From Camelus dromedarius (lineage: Eukaryota), in NCBI RefSeq assembly GCF_036321535.1, contig NC_087436.1, positions 9,176,001 to 9,240,000 on the forward strand: a DNA stretch of 64,000 nt, written 5' to 3'. The stretch's first letter is position 1; every line of letters starts with the position of its first letter. The notes under the pieces are model-generated. The model was given only the letters and a program-made list of their open reading frames with translations. It had not been told where the DNA came from and did no database searches. Shown in pieces: positions 49,676 to 63,636 of this stretch. A program made the translations under genes and the position numbers.

Positions 49676-51749
49676 AAGACTGATGTGGCTTCATGTAAAA
49701 AATAAATAATTTTTTAAAAATTTAAAAAGATTGATGTGATGCCAAAAGTTTATAGGTACTTCTACTGTATCAGAGATTTTCCATTGCCTATTTTAAATAG
49801 TACGTATACACTTACTAGTAATGGATCAGCAGCATATAGACTTGAAGATCACAAGTAACTTTTAACCTCATGAATGGAGGAGGCTGATGTCTTTGGGGTA
49901 TTCTCTGCCTTCTTGAAGATGGATTCCTAAATAAATGCTAGCAGATATAAGATACCAGTGGGTCTGTACATAAAGACTTAAGGACAACAGAAAGGAAGGA
50001 CACAGCTGACCACAGATGGTATCCACTAAGATCCAGATTTATTGCTTGGTTTATGGTCAACTCTATGATTACTGATTATTGCCTAAACGAATACATGCTC
50101 TCTCGCCTATTATGCTCCCTTTCTATGGTGTAGAATACAGCCAACCTTGATTACAAGATCAAGGAAATTCCTGATTTGAATTTTGGGACATAGAAAGTCA
50201 TGCTTCCCAGATTCAGCAGCATTTCCCTTACTTTACACATCCTCCACTGAAATTCATCTTCTACGTTGAATTTTTCTTAAGCTACTGTACAAATTCTCTA
50301 ATTCTCCAGTTTTCCTATTTCCATGTCTTCCCTCTTCTATTTTATTCATAACTTTAAAGCGACATTTTTCTTTCTCTGTAAGACTGTAGCTTTCTCTCTG
50401 TCTCCTGATCCAATCATGACTTCCATGAACTCTCGACCCTCATGGCATCTTCCCTCTTTTGCAGCCTTGTTATCTGGATCCTTTCCCCTCTGCTTTCACA
50501 CTTGCTCACCTTCCTGCCTCCCAGAAGCATGACCTCTAAACAGACATGCTGAGGAAATGTCAGGATGATGACTGGCATCCTCTAAGAATTAGGACATTCC
50601 TACAATTACTATAAATATTTAGGATCCATATAACCTTCCTCTTGTCCCAATTCCAGATACAGATGAGTAACATCAAGGATCTTGGCAAAACAGAACCTAA
50701 AACCAACTACTCTTTTCCTCTTTTTTCTCTTTTTATTTTCCCAAATGTACTCTTACAATGCAGTAAAACATTTATTTTTAAGATATGGGTTATCTTGGAA
50801 GAATAATTATATTATACATATTATATTTCATATATATAATCCCCAAGAAACCTTATTACTTAAAAAGAAAAATGGGAAAGAATAAGCATTTAGTGAACCA
50901 GTTTGTTTACTTTCATTTTCTTTTATTTCTCCCACTTCCATTTCTACCCCACATGTATTTCCATCAGTGTCCTCGTCACTTCCACTTCGTGATTAAATGA
51001 CCCTGTTACTAATTGAACTGGAACAATTTCTCAGCCTGTGAGAAGTATTATATTCCTGCCTCACTCTCGGCATCACCATCATTTCATATTTGTTTGACTT
51101 TTTAATAGTGCTGCCAGTAGTACTTATAGTCTAGTATTGTACTATACAAAAGTAAGCAATTATTTAGTATTTGCTAATTGATCAATTCTCTTCAGTGTTT
51201 TACAATAAATAGCTCAATAACATTTGATGGGAAAGGTGGTAAGAATTGTATTACAGAGATGCCTCACATGAGTCCAAGAGATTAGGGTTAGGCAAAAAAT
51301 AACCAAAAAAAAATTATGTAGTATCAATATATTTAAGACTTACAAGAATTTATAGAAGCATAGTTAAAACACATTTTTGTCTACTTCAAAATTTCACAAA
51401 TTTTTTAATGGAAATTCATGAAATTTGCTAGAGCAATTTGATTTTAAACCAAAGGGAATCAACTTTGGAGATTTATAACTTGGATACATGTACTTGGATA
51501 TTTGTAACTAAAATCACATTCTGTGTCCTCAGCATGCATTTGTACAGAGGAAACAAAATTTGACATCCCTGTATCTTAACACAAATACTTATTATGTTAT
51601 TTTCAGTGTACTTCAGATATCATACATTTGAAAGCAGCTGTTAATTTTCCTCCAATAAGAGCTCTGTCAGTCAGGGAGTCAGGTAGGACTCTGAAAATTA
51701 GTATGAAGAGAGTTTAATAAAAGGGTTGCTTATAATGTTGAGAGAACAG

Positions 51750-51883
51750 AGCTATGGATCAAATTACATCCTCCGAAAAAAAAAAGATATGTTGAGTCTT
51801 AACTTTCAGAAGACAATGTATTTTTGTTGTTTAAGTCACCCAGGCTTTGGGACTTTGTGGTGGCAGCCCTAGCAAGGAAAACA
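51750..51883 (+). mobile_element. Internally deleted MLT1 LTR (both termini only), nested in the older LTR
   Basis: 5' gctatggatcaaattacatcctcc...gatatgttgagtcttaac is joined directly to 3' tgttgtttaagtcacccag...ggcagccctagcaaggaaaaca. Confidence 0.7.
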
Positions 51884-51944
51884 ATCGTGTAGGAACAGCA
51901 GGAGGCGTAGTGCCACCTGCATCCTCAATCTGTCACAAACACTC

Positions 51945-51976
51945 ATGGGTCTGATGGGTCTGATGGGTCTGATGGG
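51945..51976. repeat. 9-bp tandem repeat (ATGGGTCTG) x3.5
   Basis: Three perfect units plus a partial unit. Confidence 0.95.
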
Positions 51977-52984
51977 GCAGGGAAGATGGGGAACAGGTAT
52001 CCGGTCCTGCGCACAAAAAGAGAGACTACAGGGAGATGCCTGCACTATAAAAGATGAGGCTTTACTTAGAGAGATGCAGTTGGTCAAGAAAGCCCCTCCA
52101 GCTGGAAATAGGAGAATAAATACATTGATCTTGCTTTGCGCCTTCCCATTTCCAGGTATTCTTTTGATGCCACCCATTGACTGAACTCAGCTGGGAAGCA
52201 TTGATGTCATCCACCAATGTTTCAGCCTCTGGAGGCATAGAACGATGGGGTGGGAGGGTGCGGGAGAGATTCATCTGGAGGGGCAAAGGTAAAGTAGTCA
52301 CCACACACTCAGCAGCTTTTAAAGTATGTTTCATTTATTCACTCCCTGCTAAATTTCTACGCGAGAATATTAGTTAAAGTTAAATGATTTTTGTTACAAT
52401 GTACTAGTTTTGAAAACTTTTTAGATCTAGGTAATATCATTTCTTTTTTAAAGATTTCCACAGAAAATATTAATCATTATATTAATAATATTAGTGCATA
52501 ATAAGCAGAAAAGAGAGGAGAGAACTGGCAAGTAACATTCATTGTTAAGTTGCAAAACAGCACCTGCCTGTAATTTAAGTATTTTCACACAAATATAGTG
52601 AGAAAATATTTCTTCAACCTGAAAGTTAAAATTCAATCCAAAAGTATCAGTCTATTACAATCAAAAGACACACGTTTTCATTATAATTCAGTTATATACA
52701 TACACAACTGCAATAGATGGCTGAGAAACAATTTAATTATTCAGAGATGACATGGAAATAAAAGACTGGCTATCAATTTGCCAGTGCAGGACTTTCAAAC
52801 TGTAACCAAGCTGTCTATCTATGAAATATTCAGCTGTTATTGTTTTAGAAATTCCCTGGAGTTCAAGTCTAAACTATTTAATCAGTTTAGAGAATATGTG
52901 GGTTCAGATTGTAACGCACCTTCCGGGTATAATCTTGTTTGTCCGAAGCCACAGGCTAGAGCCTCCAAATTTCCGTGAGCAGAG

Positions 52985-53155
52985 GGAACTTGAGAAAGGT
53001 GTTTAATCTCAGGTTCAATTTTCTCATCTGTAAAATGAAAAAAGTTGATGCTATCTCTTAATGTTACTACGATACAGGAACATTGTGCGGTGATGTGTAC
53101 ATTGCCTAATGCATTACGCGGCAAATGATTGAACTAATAACTGTCGTTATAATAA
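52985..53155 (+). mobile_element. MIR SINE relic
   Basis: caattttctcatctgtaaaatg MIR core. Confidence 0.6.
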
Positions 53156-55141
53156 TAGTGGTGGTGTCATTATTTTTTCCCCCCTGATGGACTAGACGCG
53201 TAAACCTTAGCTTACAAATGCTGAAATCACACCTTTGGATACTAACTAACTCCTCTCATTTTATCTGCCAGCAAGTCGTTCCATTTATAGCCACACTGTT
53301 TAACTCTAAAATAATGGTGCTGCCTGACATCAAAAATGAGATGTTTCTTCCCATAATTTGTCTTTTTTCTTGTACCTAGAATTTCCTCAGAATATTTAAA
53401 GGATTTTTCTTGCTTACACCTCACTTAGGTTCACTGTAGACACGTGCTTTCCCAGAGACACGGATATTCTTTTTAATTATCCTCCATCACCCTTCACCAC
53501 CTGCTCAGATAACACAAGAAAACATCTACTGTCTTTATGATTTCTATCACTTTTCATCCCATTTATTATTTAAAATTAAAAGGCTGAGACTATAAAGTTT
53601 CACTTATATTTGACAAAGAGCTCTAGATATCTCAACGGCACGAGATATAGTTAATAGAACTGAACTGAACTATAGAGTTTACAATTTGCTCAGATGGTGG
53701 AAGATCTTATGTGAAATTTTCTTATCAGAAATAAACAACCAAATAAGGAGAGAGAGTGGGAGGAGATTTTTGGAGGGGATAGAAATGATGCCATCCATTG
53801 TGGGTCTTGTTTCAAGGGTATATGTTGATCTCCATACTCATTGGCTTGTCTGTATTATTATGTAAAGCATTTTGTGCTCAACAAAATGGTAACAAGAAAA
53901 ATACAACCACTGAATTTGTTTCTCAGAGGCTAGATACTGCATTTACCACATGTATCAGATGCATTTATACTTAAAGAAGGAAAAGACCAAATTTAAAATA
54001 TGAGGGGAAAATTCTTTTCACAATTATAAATATAGAGCTAGTAATAGGTGCATTCAAGCCCAAAGTAAAGACATTTATTGAGAAATTCCAAATAAAAAAA
54101 AAAATCCAATCCTCTGATTCCATTAAAGAGGCCTCATTTCACTTCACAGCCCCCCTAAATTTCCATTGACCTACCTCCTTGTTACCCTCTAATCAGGCAT
54201 GAATTTCTTCAGGGATCAGCTTTCCTGTTAAAATTAATTTTTTTACTCAGAGGAATATGTTTATTCTGAGTTACCTTAAACATCGTTTATTGGTAAACCT
54301 GGCATTTTAGTACTATTTACCTGTTAGTATGGTTTTCTTGAGTTTTCCATGAAATATAAGGAATATGACCATCATTCACTTTGAGGACTTGATTATAGTA
54401 ACCTAGGGCTTCTAAGCTCTATTATAAATAGTGTTCATTGTGTGGGAAAATATGACAGAAACCATGACAACTTTTTAAAATTACTGTTTGTGATGAAGGA
54501 TAAGGAGCTTGTTAGGCAGGATAACAGACAAAGAGGGAAGAAAAATCAGTTGTGAAAATATTGGAATACATGATTTTCTACGTTAATAGTTTGTAAAATC
54601 AACCGTACATGTAAGAGTGACCTACATAGCTAGGAATTCTGCCATCAAATATAAATTTGCATCTTAGTATTTGAAGTGTTATAATTTACAGGAAAACATT
54701 GTCAGAGAATCCATAATAATTGAAGCAGCTTTCTCAGGAGAAAAAAAAAAAGTGTTTCCCGGCCAAGAACACAATCAGGATGTTTTTCACATGTTTGGGG
54801 GTCAGGTTCCCAGTCACGCTGGATGCAAACCATGTGACCACGGTTAATTCCTCACTCTTTCTCATATTAAGTACCAAATCCTATTTAGTTTATATCTGTA
54901 ACATTGCTTCATTCAGCTTGCAATATACATATTCTATTTTTCTTTGCGTTGTCTCAGACCTAGTTCAGATTTTTAGTACATTTCCTGAGATGACTGAAAT
55001 AGACACCTAATTGGTTTCTCTGCTACAGGTCTTTCTTATCTTCATCCTTTTCGACACATTTCTTTCAAATTAATCTTCCTAAAGCATTGCCCACATCATG
55101 CCATTATCCCACTAAAAAGCCTGTCATGGTTGCCCATTGCT

Positions 55142-55272
55142 CCAGTCACCGTATAATTTTTCATCAAACTGGAAGGCTGGTGAGAGTAAAAGAGCCGTGA
55201 TTAATTGTCACCCTCAGGCAACACAGGTAAACCAGGCTTATCCTGGCTGGATGGAGAGTGTGGTCATTCTCC
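55142..55272. mobile_element. hAT-Blackjack MITE, MER94-like
   Basis: gtcaccgtataattt...aaactgg...tgagagtaaaag...gtaaaccagg...tggtcattct is collinear with the recalled MER94 consensus. Confidence 0.6.
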
Positions 55273-57469
55273 CTGACAATTCTCCCCAGTCTATTATTCT
55301 ATTGAAAATTTCTACAACCTCTTAAGACAAACTAACTTACTGACAACTTATCTCTGTTTTCATAGAAATAAAAAGTGGATGGTGGTTAGCTCTCAGCTTC
55401 TGTGACAATAAAATAAAATAATATAAAAATACATGGAATATATCAGGCACTCAAGTAATGTTATTATCTGTCTTACCCAATAAATTTCATGAAAAAAATA
55501 TGGAATACCCACTCTCAGCATGGAACACTAGTAATCAATGCCATGTAGGTAGTCTTATTCTGTTGACACTATTAAGCAATAATTCATTAGAATGGTGTTT
55601 AAGATTGTTTGGATAAGTCTCTGTAGAAATTTTCACTATTTACTTTTGCCCTTTAAGTTTGGTAAATCTAAAATGCGATCAATAAAATGATTATTTTGGG
55701 TGGGTGTACATATAATTGGGGTATATTTTGTTGTCCTTTATCTTTAGAATATGCACACACATAATACTATTTCTAACAGTGTTGCATGTACAAGGTTAAA
55801 ATGTGAATTTTAATTTAAATTTACTTATATCATCATATTTTTCTTAAGAATTTACAACTTGGCTTTCTTGAAGACTTATCTTGTAATGAGATATAGCATT
55901 TGATATCCCCTTCATCAAACAATTACAGACATATTAAATTATATCTTGATTAGGAAGAAGAAAAAACACCCTTGCCTACAGGAATATCTTTGACATGTGT
56001 TAGAAAGATATTCTGCTACTTTTCTTATAATCAATTTATTATTTTATAGATAAATTAATTGAAATTAGTCTCCATGTAATACAGTTGATCAAATTTCAAT
56101 TATATTATCAGTATGTTATGAATCTGGTTTATATTCAGACATAATTCTCCACAGGCTAAAATCAAATTAGTAAAATTCTGTTTCCTGCATTTCAATTTAT
56201 CAAGGTAAATTTGATAGTAATGGCATTTTTTCATCTTTTCCTGTTTCCTTAGACAATTGATATACTAGAATAAAATTTACTTCTAGTATCTTATTTTTCT
56301 ATTTTAATTTTTTATCTCACTATGTCCATATTAGTGCAGCTTTAATTCATAATGATCTTACAATTCTGTATTTTTGGAGAAAAGAGAATTTTATGCATTT
56401 TGTTATTTTGTTTATTATTTTAAGTATATTTTATTTTTATCATTAGTAAACTATAAAATAATATTTTAATTTAGTAAGATTTACGATTATTCATTTCATG
56501 ATGGAGATTCTCCCTCAAATATTCATACAAAATTATAAATAGGTAAATTTTACATGTATTATTTATAAACTGTGTCAACCATTAGAACCCATTAAAAAAC
56601 TGTGCTTTGCTTCACTAGGGAAAGTTGTAATCTGTTATAAATTCCGGGTCAAATCTACTGTACTGTATATGAAGATACGTCTGTTGTTTTTTTTTTTTTT
56701 TGCTATTTCTGAGATTGATATTTTAAGATATTGAAATGCTCTTAATAGTGTACAGTTGAAACATTTAAACGCTATATCCAGCCATTTTTAAATACTATTT
56801 ATTTCTTTAGAACCTTCTCTTAATGACAAAGAAACGTTAATCCACCCCTCTCTTCATATCACAAATTCCAAATCATTGGTGCTTTAAATATCGATCAGTT
56901 CCTTGTTATATTATTAAAAATATCTAATATCCTTTGGGTCAAACTGTATTCTCAAAACTACAGTAAGGGTCAAATCTAGCACAAAAATCTGAATGTGTGT
57001 AATGGAAAGACTCATTATCTGGAAATTTATTCGTTGAAATTCTCTATGCGAATTCTCCACTTGCATATTTCCAGGCTAAGAATGATTAAAGTTTAACATA
57101 TAATTTCTTAATCAAATGTACATTGATTATGATAACTGCATGTGGAATAACATACTTTCTGGGCAAAATATAAAGATGAGGTTTAATGTTAACACTTTTT
57201 TAGTCTCCTGGACCTGCAGCATCCTAGCGGCTGCCTGTACCTTAGAGACCCTTTGAAGGGGAAATCTCGCTACCACACCTCCTCTCATGGTCATCTAACT
57301 TCTACCTGCATAGCTAGGGAGCAAGGTCACACAGGACAGTTTCACTTGTGAAAATGTTAAAGCTCACTATTAAAGCAAGTATAAAAAGTAATTAAACTGA
57401 CTTGGAGCTCAAAGGTCACCTGGCTTGACTTGCTTGGAATTTTAAATAATACGGCCATTCTTCCTTAGA

Positions 57470-58030
57470 AAGGAAGTATGTGTGTGTCTATTTCAAGTCT
57501 TCTACCCATTTTTTAAATCAGGGTTGTTTGTATTTTTGCTGTTGAGTTCTAGTTCTTTATATATTTTGGATATTAACCTTTATCAGACATTTCATTTACA
57601 AATATCTTCTTTCATTCATTAGAAGGCCTTTTCATTGTATAGATAGTTTCCTTCACTGTGTAAGGTGCTTTTTTAACTTTCTTATATTCTTTTTTGTTTA
57701 TTATTTTGCTTTTGATTCTCTTGCCTGAGACAGATCCCCCCCCCCAAAAAAAAACATACCGCTAAGACACGTGACACAGAGCACGCAGCATGTGCTTTCT
57801 TCTGGGAAGTTTATGGTTTCAAGCCTTCCACTGAAGTAACCCATTCTGAGTTTATTTTTGTATATGGCATGAGAAAGCAGTTCAGTTACATTCTTTCATA
57901 TGTGCACATCCAGTTTTCACGGCACCATTGATGGAAGAAGCTGTCTTTTCCCCATTGTATCTTGTTCCTTCCTTAGTCATAGATTAATTGACCAGGTAAG
58001 TGTGGGTTTATTTCTCGGGTCTCTATTCTG
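57470..58030 (-). mobile_element. Older L1 ORF2 3' fragment
   Basis: tatttcaagtcttctacccatttttt; tatattttggatattaacc; atccagttttcacggcaccatt; gtgggtttatttctcgggtctctattctg. Confidence 0.88.
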
Positions 58031-59305
58031 AAGACAAATGACCTTTGTCTGCATATTTCTGATGTTGGAATATCCCTGTTTTGACTTTCTGTTTACTTCA
58101 AGAGGAACGGTGCCAGCCTAGATGTGCATGGGTGTGGATGTCGGAATCACACCCACAAACAAGCTTGATGCATGGGAGTGGTACCGAGTAGAAAGGTCAG
58201 ACTTTACATTCAAACATTGGTTTTATGTTAATTAAAAATTTCCCGAGGGCTAGTGTGATCATTTTAATATCTAATATTCAGAAACCAACTTTTGACATTT
58301 TCTGTGTGGTGAGAAATAATACATTCAGAAAAGCTAACAAATCATTGATTAAACATCTGTTTAACAAACATGTTCCCTGTTTCAAACACGGTGCTAAGCT
58401 AAGGAGATAACATTTTTCCTTCAGTCAGATAAAAGAAAAAAAGGACAATAATAATGCAGTATTATTATGAAATGGTAAGTGTGTGCATTTAACCCTACAA
58501 AGACCTAAGACGTGGTTAGTGCTGTTTCTCTGGGTGCTCATCTGTCCCATCAATACAGGTATGGAAGCTGAGGTCAGAGAATCTGTTCAGTTTGTCCAAG
58601 TTCACACAGTGTGGACTTGAGATCTGGGTTCATACTCCAGGCACTTAATTACTTCTGCTTTAACAAATGACAAAGACAATTATCACTGATAAATCACATT
58701 GTTATAACTGATAGGCTAGGTTAAATCCATAAATCATTTTTATTTTGTATGGTGGTAAAGCTGAGCTAAATGAATTTAGACACAAATCAGTAATAACTCT
58801 GCAATATCTCTTGACTCATAAAGTTAGAGGGAAAATGTAATTTTTACATTTTTTTTCAAATCTGAGTGTGTGCCTGGAAATAGGTGTATGTGCATATATA
58901 TATGCAATTTTTTTTTCTCTGTTTCCTCTATACAGTCGGGAAGTGAGAAGCATCTAGACTCTATCCTTGCATAAATTGGCACAGCTAAAGTTTGAACTGA
59001 TAAAAGAGAACATATTCTCCTGAAATACTGGGATGCTTTAAATTTCATCACTCTTCACTCTTTGCTGAATGGCCACCTCCTCCCCCTCCTCCCACTTCCC
59101 TGCCCCTCCTCCCCTCCCCCTTCTCCTTCTAATCAGGTTATAGTGTCCTGGTAACAGTTTATCAAGCAATGCAAGTACTGTAAATAATAAATTATTCTTT
59201 TCTCTGTCTTTTTTGTGCTGTCATATTACATACTGTACCATTTTGATTCAGTTTTTCTATTAGCCATATTATAACACTTCAAGAATGGGAGAGAAATACT
59301 ATTAC

Positions 59306-59388
59306 TTTATTTATTTTTTTAACATTTTTTATTGAGTTATAGTCATTTTACAATGTTGTGTCAAATTCCAGTGTAGAGTACAATTTTC
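59306..59388 (-). mobile_element. About 80-bp 3' tip of the young L1 family
   Basis: aacattttttattga...tcattttacaatgttgtgtcaaattccagtgt is nearly identical to 41602-41655. Confidence 0.85.
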
Positions 59389-60049
59389 TAATTATAAATT
59401 TTTCAATTTAAATTCTGTGACATTACTATTCTCTTGAAAATGATAATTTATTAAAATATGGAGCACATAGGCAAGTTCAATACAATGATTTTTAAAGGTA
59501 TAAAAGACATATTAAATTATAATAAGACAGGTGGTGTTTCCTTTACTATTTTTTAATCCATGAATATTTTTCTTTATAAAGTTACAAGAGAATATTTTAC
59601 AATAATAGAAATTGAAAGTTAATTGGTCATAATTAGTATGTCTTTCCCTGCTTGTTCTTGTTTGTGATTTAAAAAAAAGAAAACTTTTTCTTGGAATAGG
59701 ACATTAAATAAGCATGTAAAAATTTAAAAATGAACTTACTATCAGGCCTCCATTTAATAAATTTCAACTATACTTAATTTTTATATTTATTAGTGGCTTA
59801 TGTTTTCTGGAAATTTTTTTTAATGTGCTAAATTATGCAATTACTTTCAAGAAGGTCTACTTCCAGTAAAAAGAAAAAAAAACACAAAATATGAAGTAAT
59901 TTGTTGCATTTTACTTAAGACCTGTGGGTTCTAAATAAACAACATAATCCATAGTTAGCTATAAATACTGATTGCCTTACAGCAAGAGAATTAATATAAA
60001 AGCTAAAAATATCCCCTCTGCTTCTCTAGAAGGTAATAAACAACTGAGC

Positions 60050-60480
60050 TGATTCATTTGTTTAGTCATTCAAATAATTATCAAGGACTTAACGTGCAGC
60101 AGCAGAGAAAAAAGAAGAAAGGCTTTCCCTCTCAGGGAGCTCACAGCCACGTCTGTGCTCACACACACAGTGATGGGCGCTGATGGATGCTGTGGCTAAA
60201 AGAAGTCAGGGAGAAGACGGATGAGAATGAACCATTTCAGGTAAAGGAGAAAGACCTCTTGAGAATGAAACACTTCTAAGAGATCTAAAAGTTGTGAGAA
60301 AGAAAGCCACATGATCTTTCAAGGGCAAGGGTTCCAGGTAGGGAGAATGGTATCTGCTTAGCAAGTTTGAGAAACAGAAGAAGCCAGGATGATGGGAGTG
60401 TCAGGAAAAGAATGGAGACAAAATCTGAGATGCAGGAAAGAAAAAAAAAAAAAAAAAAAACTGGGAGGAGGGAGGTAGGG
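60050..60480 (-). mobile_element. L2 LINE 3' fragment
   Basis: attcatttgtttagtcattcaaataatta...ccctctcagggagctcacag. Confidence 0.55.
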
Positions 60481-60929
60481 GTGCAGAGCAACTCAAGACT
60501 GGGAAACACCTTCTACACAAGACATTCCCCTGGGCTTGATCTGGAAGTTCATAACAATAGGATTCAGAAAGTATTTAACCCTTTTTGGTCTGGTTTCTTT
60601 TCCTCACCATAGCGTTCCTGAGACCAGCCCATGCTGATGGGTGTATCTGCAATGCATTATTTCTTATTGATGGGCCGTATTACATTGCAAATTACATCGC
60701 TGTTTTCCCTCTTTTCTCATCTTGACTTTTGTTTATTGTTTCCTCTCTGAGGTCTGTCATGAGTATAGCTGATAGCAGTGTTCTTGTTCAAGCCTGTTTG
60801 TTGACATGCATTTTTAGATCATCTTAGCCAAACACTATTATTTGTTTTCTAGGGCTGTTACAGAGAAGTACCCCATACTGGGTGGCTCTGTAGAATAGAC
60901 CTTTTGAATAATAGACCTTTTCTATGAAT

Positions 60930-61530
60930 AATACAGTTTTATAGTATTTAATTTTTCAAACATTTCTAACATACAGAAATGCAACTGAGTTTTTAATATA
61001 TTGACTTAGCATCCTAAGAACTTAAAAATTCACTCATTATTTGCAGTAGATTTGCATACGTGTTTAGGATTTCTATACACCCAACCATGTAATCTGCAAG
61101 GTTTTTTACACTCTGTATTTATTCTACTTATTTACCTTGAGTTTTTGCTGGTGAATAATTAAACAGAAGATGTTAGGATAAATATCAAGTCATGTTTCCC
61201 CCCAAGAAATAAGGGGGAAGTGTTCAAAACTGTAGCACTGGGCATAGTATTGGCAGTAAGATTTTGTAGATCCCCTTTGAAACATTGAGGATATTCTGCT
61301 TACTTGGCTGAAATTTTTTTGAAAATCAGAATGGACATAGGATTTTATCACATGATTTTTATGCTTTAATTGAGAGGATTGTGTGGTTTTTATCTTTTAT
61401 TCTGTTAATCTGATGAAATATTTGATTTAAATTTAAAATATTAAAATAACATTCAATCCCTGAATAAGCTCCATTTTGCCATGTCAGATCATAGTTTTGT
61501 GCATTGTTGAAATTGATGTTATTATATGGT
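60930..61530 (-). mobile_element. Old L1M ORF2 fragment
   Basis: The minus strand translates to HQINRIKDKNHTILSIKA, matching the L1 RT region. Confidence 0.7.
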
Positions 61531-61832
61531 GGAACGTTCGGTACTGGCATTTCTGAAAGATACCTGCCCACCCACCTGCCCGCCCTTGTCTTTTCTTGTA
61601 ACACCTGTCCCACCTTGGAAAAGAGGGTGAGTGAGTTTGGTAGTCCTCATCGCCTCTCTACTTGATGGGATTGTCCAAGGACCAAGGATAAGGATTTGTC
61701 ATCTTTAAACGTTGAACAGAAATCAACATTTGAGCCATTTTGGTCTAAAGTTTTCATCGAGGAAAATAGTTTGAATAGAAACTTAATTATAAAGTAGATA
61801 TAGTTCTAATTATATTTTCTATGACAATTTCT

Positions 61833-62134
61833 TTTTTTAATTGAAGTGCAGTCCATTACAATGTGTCAGTCTCTGGTGTACGGCACAATGTCCCAGTCAT
61901 GCATATACATACATGTATTTGTTTTCATACTCTTTTTCATTAAAGGTTATTACAAGATATTGAACATTGTTCCCTGTGCTATACAGAAGAAACTTGTTTT
62001 TTTTATCTTTTTTATATATAGTGGCTAACATTTGTAAATCTCAACTCCCAAATTTATCCCTTCCCACCCCTTTTTCCCAGTAACCATAAGATTGTTTACT
62101 ATGTCTGCGAGTCTTTTTCTGTTTTGTAGATGAG
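61833..62134 (-). mobile_element. Lineage L1 3'UTR insertion (about 300 bp)
   Basis: 17-bp TSD TTTCTATGAC(A/T)ATTTCT at 61816-61832 and 62135-62151 with one mismatch. Confidence 0.93.
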
Positions 62135-63617
62135 TTTCTATGACTATTTCTAATTACATTTACCTACCCTTCCTTTTCAACCTTTATCCAAAACTTTCTT
62201 TCCTCCTTATGATAAAATCTTTGGAGGTGGCCTCATTCTTCTGCAGTTTAAAATTTAATATAGCAATAAAGTCACAATGAAGCAGTGGCTTTTGTAACCC
62301 ATGCTGATGATCTTGCTCTTGACACTTTTAGCATCGTTAGGCTGGGCACTGGACTTTCTGGATGTGCTGGATGTGCATTAGACTTTATCAGCATTTCCTT
62401 TTTGACTAAATCATAATTTTTCCCTCATTTGCATCATGTATTATTGAAAGTTAAATAGTCTCTGTTCAAAGTGAGCAAGGGTGTTTCTAACAAAATGATG
62501 CTTGCTTTCTTGATGACACTGATGTATAAATAATTGGTCAAATCTATGTCTCACTGTGCTGTTTTTTTTTAATCTATTCTAAGAGATTGGCAATTTCTCT
62601 TGCCTTCAGTTGAACTACTTGGCTTGTAATAGAAGGTCTTTTTGCTCATATATAAATGACAAACTATAACATAGCTGTAGATTTTTGTGTGTTCCTTCTT
62701 TTCTCAGTTTCCCTAGACTAGTTTATCTCTTTCCATGCGAGGAAACAAAGTCATAGACATTTTTCAAGTGACAAACATCCATTTTACTATATTAAATGTA
62801 AACCCTCACTACTGTTTGCAAGCCTTTTTGTATACAAGATAACTTTTTGTCTCAATGTCAAATCATAGTATGCTCTTTTTTGTAAAGGTATATTAAGTGA
62901 CAGTGAAACTTACTGGATGGAGTTCCGAAAATATATGTGACTCAACTGAAGTAAGGGCAACGATGACGTCTCTGGCCATGTGCACATGACAAGCATTTGC
63001 AGTTGTACTGTGACTGATGTTTGGTTAACCATAATTAGATAGTAATCTTATAATTGTTATGATTGTAATATATAACATGATTTTAATCTACTTTAAAAAA
63101 ATACAAATTAAAAATTTTTCTTATATGATAGTATTGGCTAAATCTCCCCAAATAGGGCAAAAAATATTAGTAAAAGCTACTACCAGTATCTTATTCTTGA
63201 ATTTCATAGAACTGTCTTCAGAGTAATAACACTTAATATCATATTTCCTGTTACTTGAGGTAATCAGACTTTATTTTGTGGAATTAGTTTCCTGAATTGA
63301 TTATCTTAGTTTAGTTACAACTAGTATCAAAGTGTTGAAGTATAACATGCATTTACTTTAAAATGTTAAATAATTCAGTAAGATTTGTTAAAAATATGTC
63401 CACTTCTCCCCTTTCATTTAAAATTCCACCAAAGCATTTTATTTCTATTCTTTCACCTGTTGCTTTGGTACTAATTTCTACATCCCTAACTATGTTTCTA
63501 TTTTTATTTATTGAGTTTCTCTCAATTTAAAATTTCTGTTTTATTTTTATTTTCATTCTTGACTTTTCACTTTGAAAGTTGAAGATTTTGCTCACTGTTA
63601 TTCAACACCCAACCAAT

Positions 63618-63636
63618 ACACACACACACACACACA
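63618..63636. repeat. (AC)n microsatellite
   Basis: Directly visible. Confidence 0.9.

Larger units (their letters stand above)
51660..52290 (-). mobile_element. Old ERVL LTR (LTR33-like) relic
   Basis: tcagtcaggg...tgaagagagtttaataaaagggttgctta and ccacccattgactgaactcagctgggaagca resemble antisense LTR33 as recalled. Confidence 0.5.

Noticed and set aside
60894..60921. AATAGACCTTTT direct repeat
   Set aside because: Simple local slippage duplication at a junction of old repeats, with only a 4-bp spacer.
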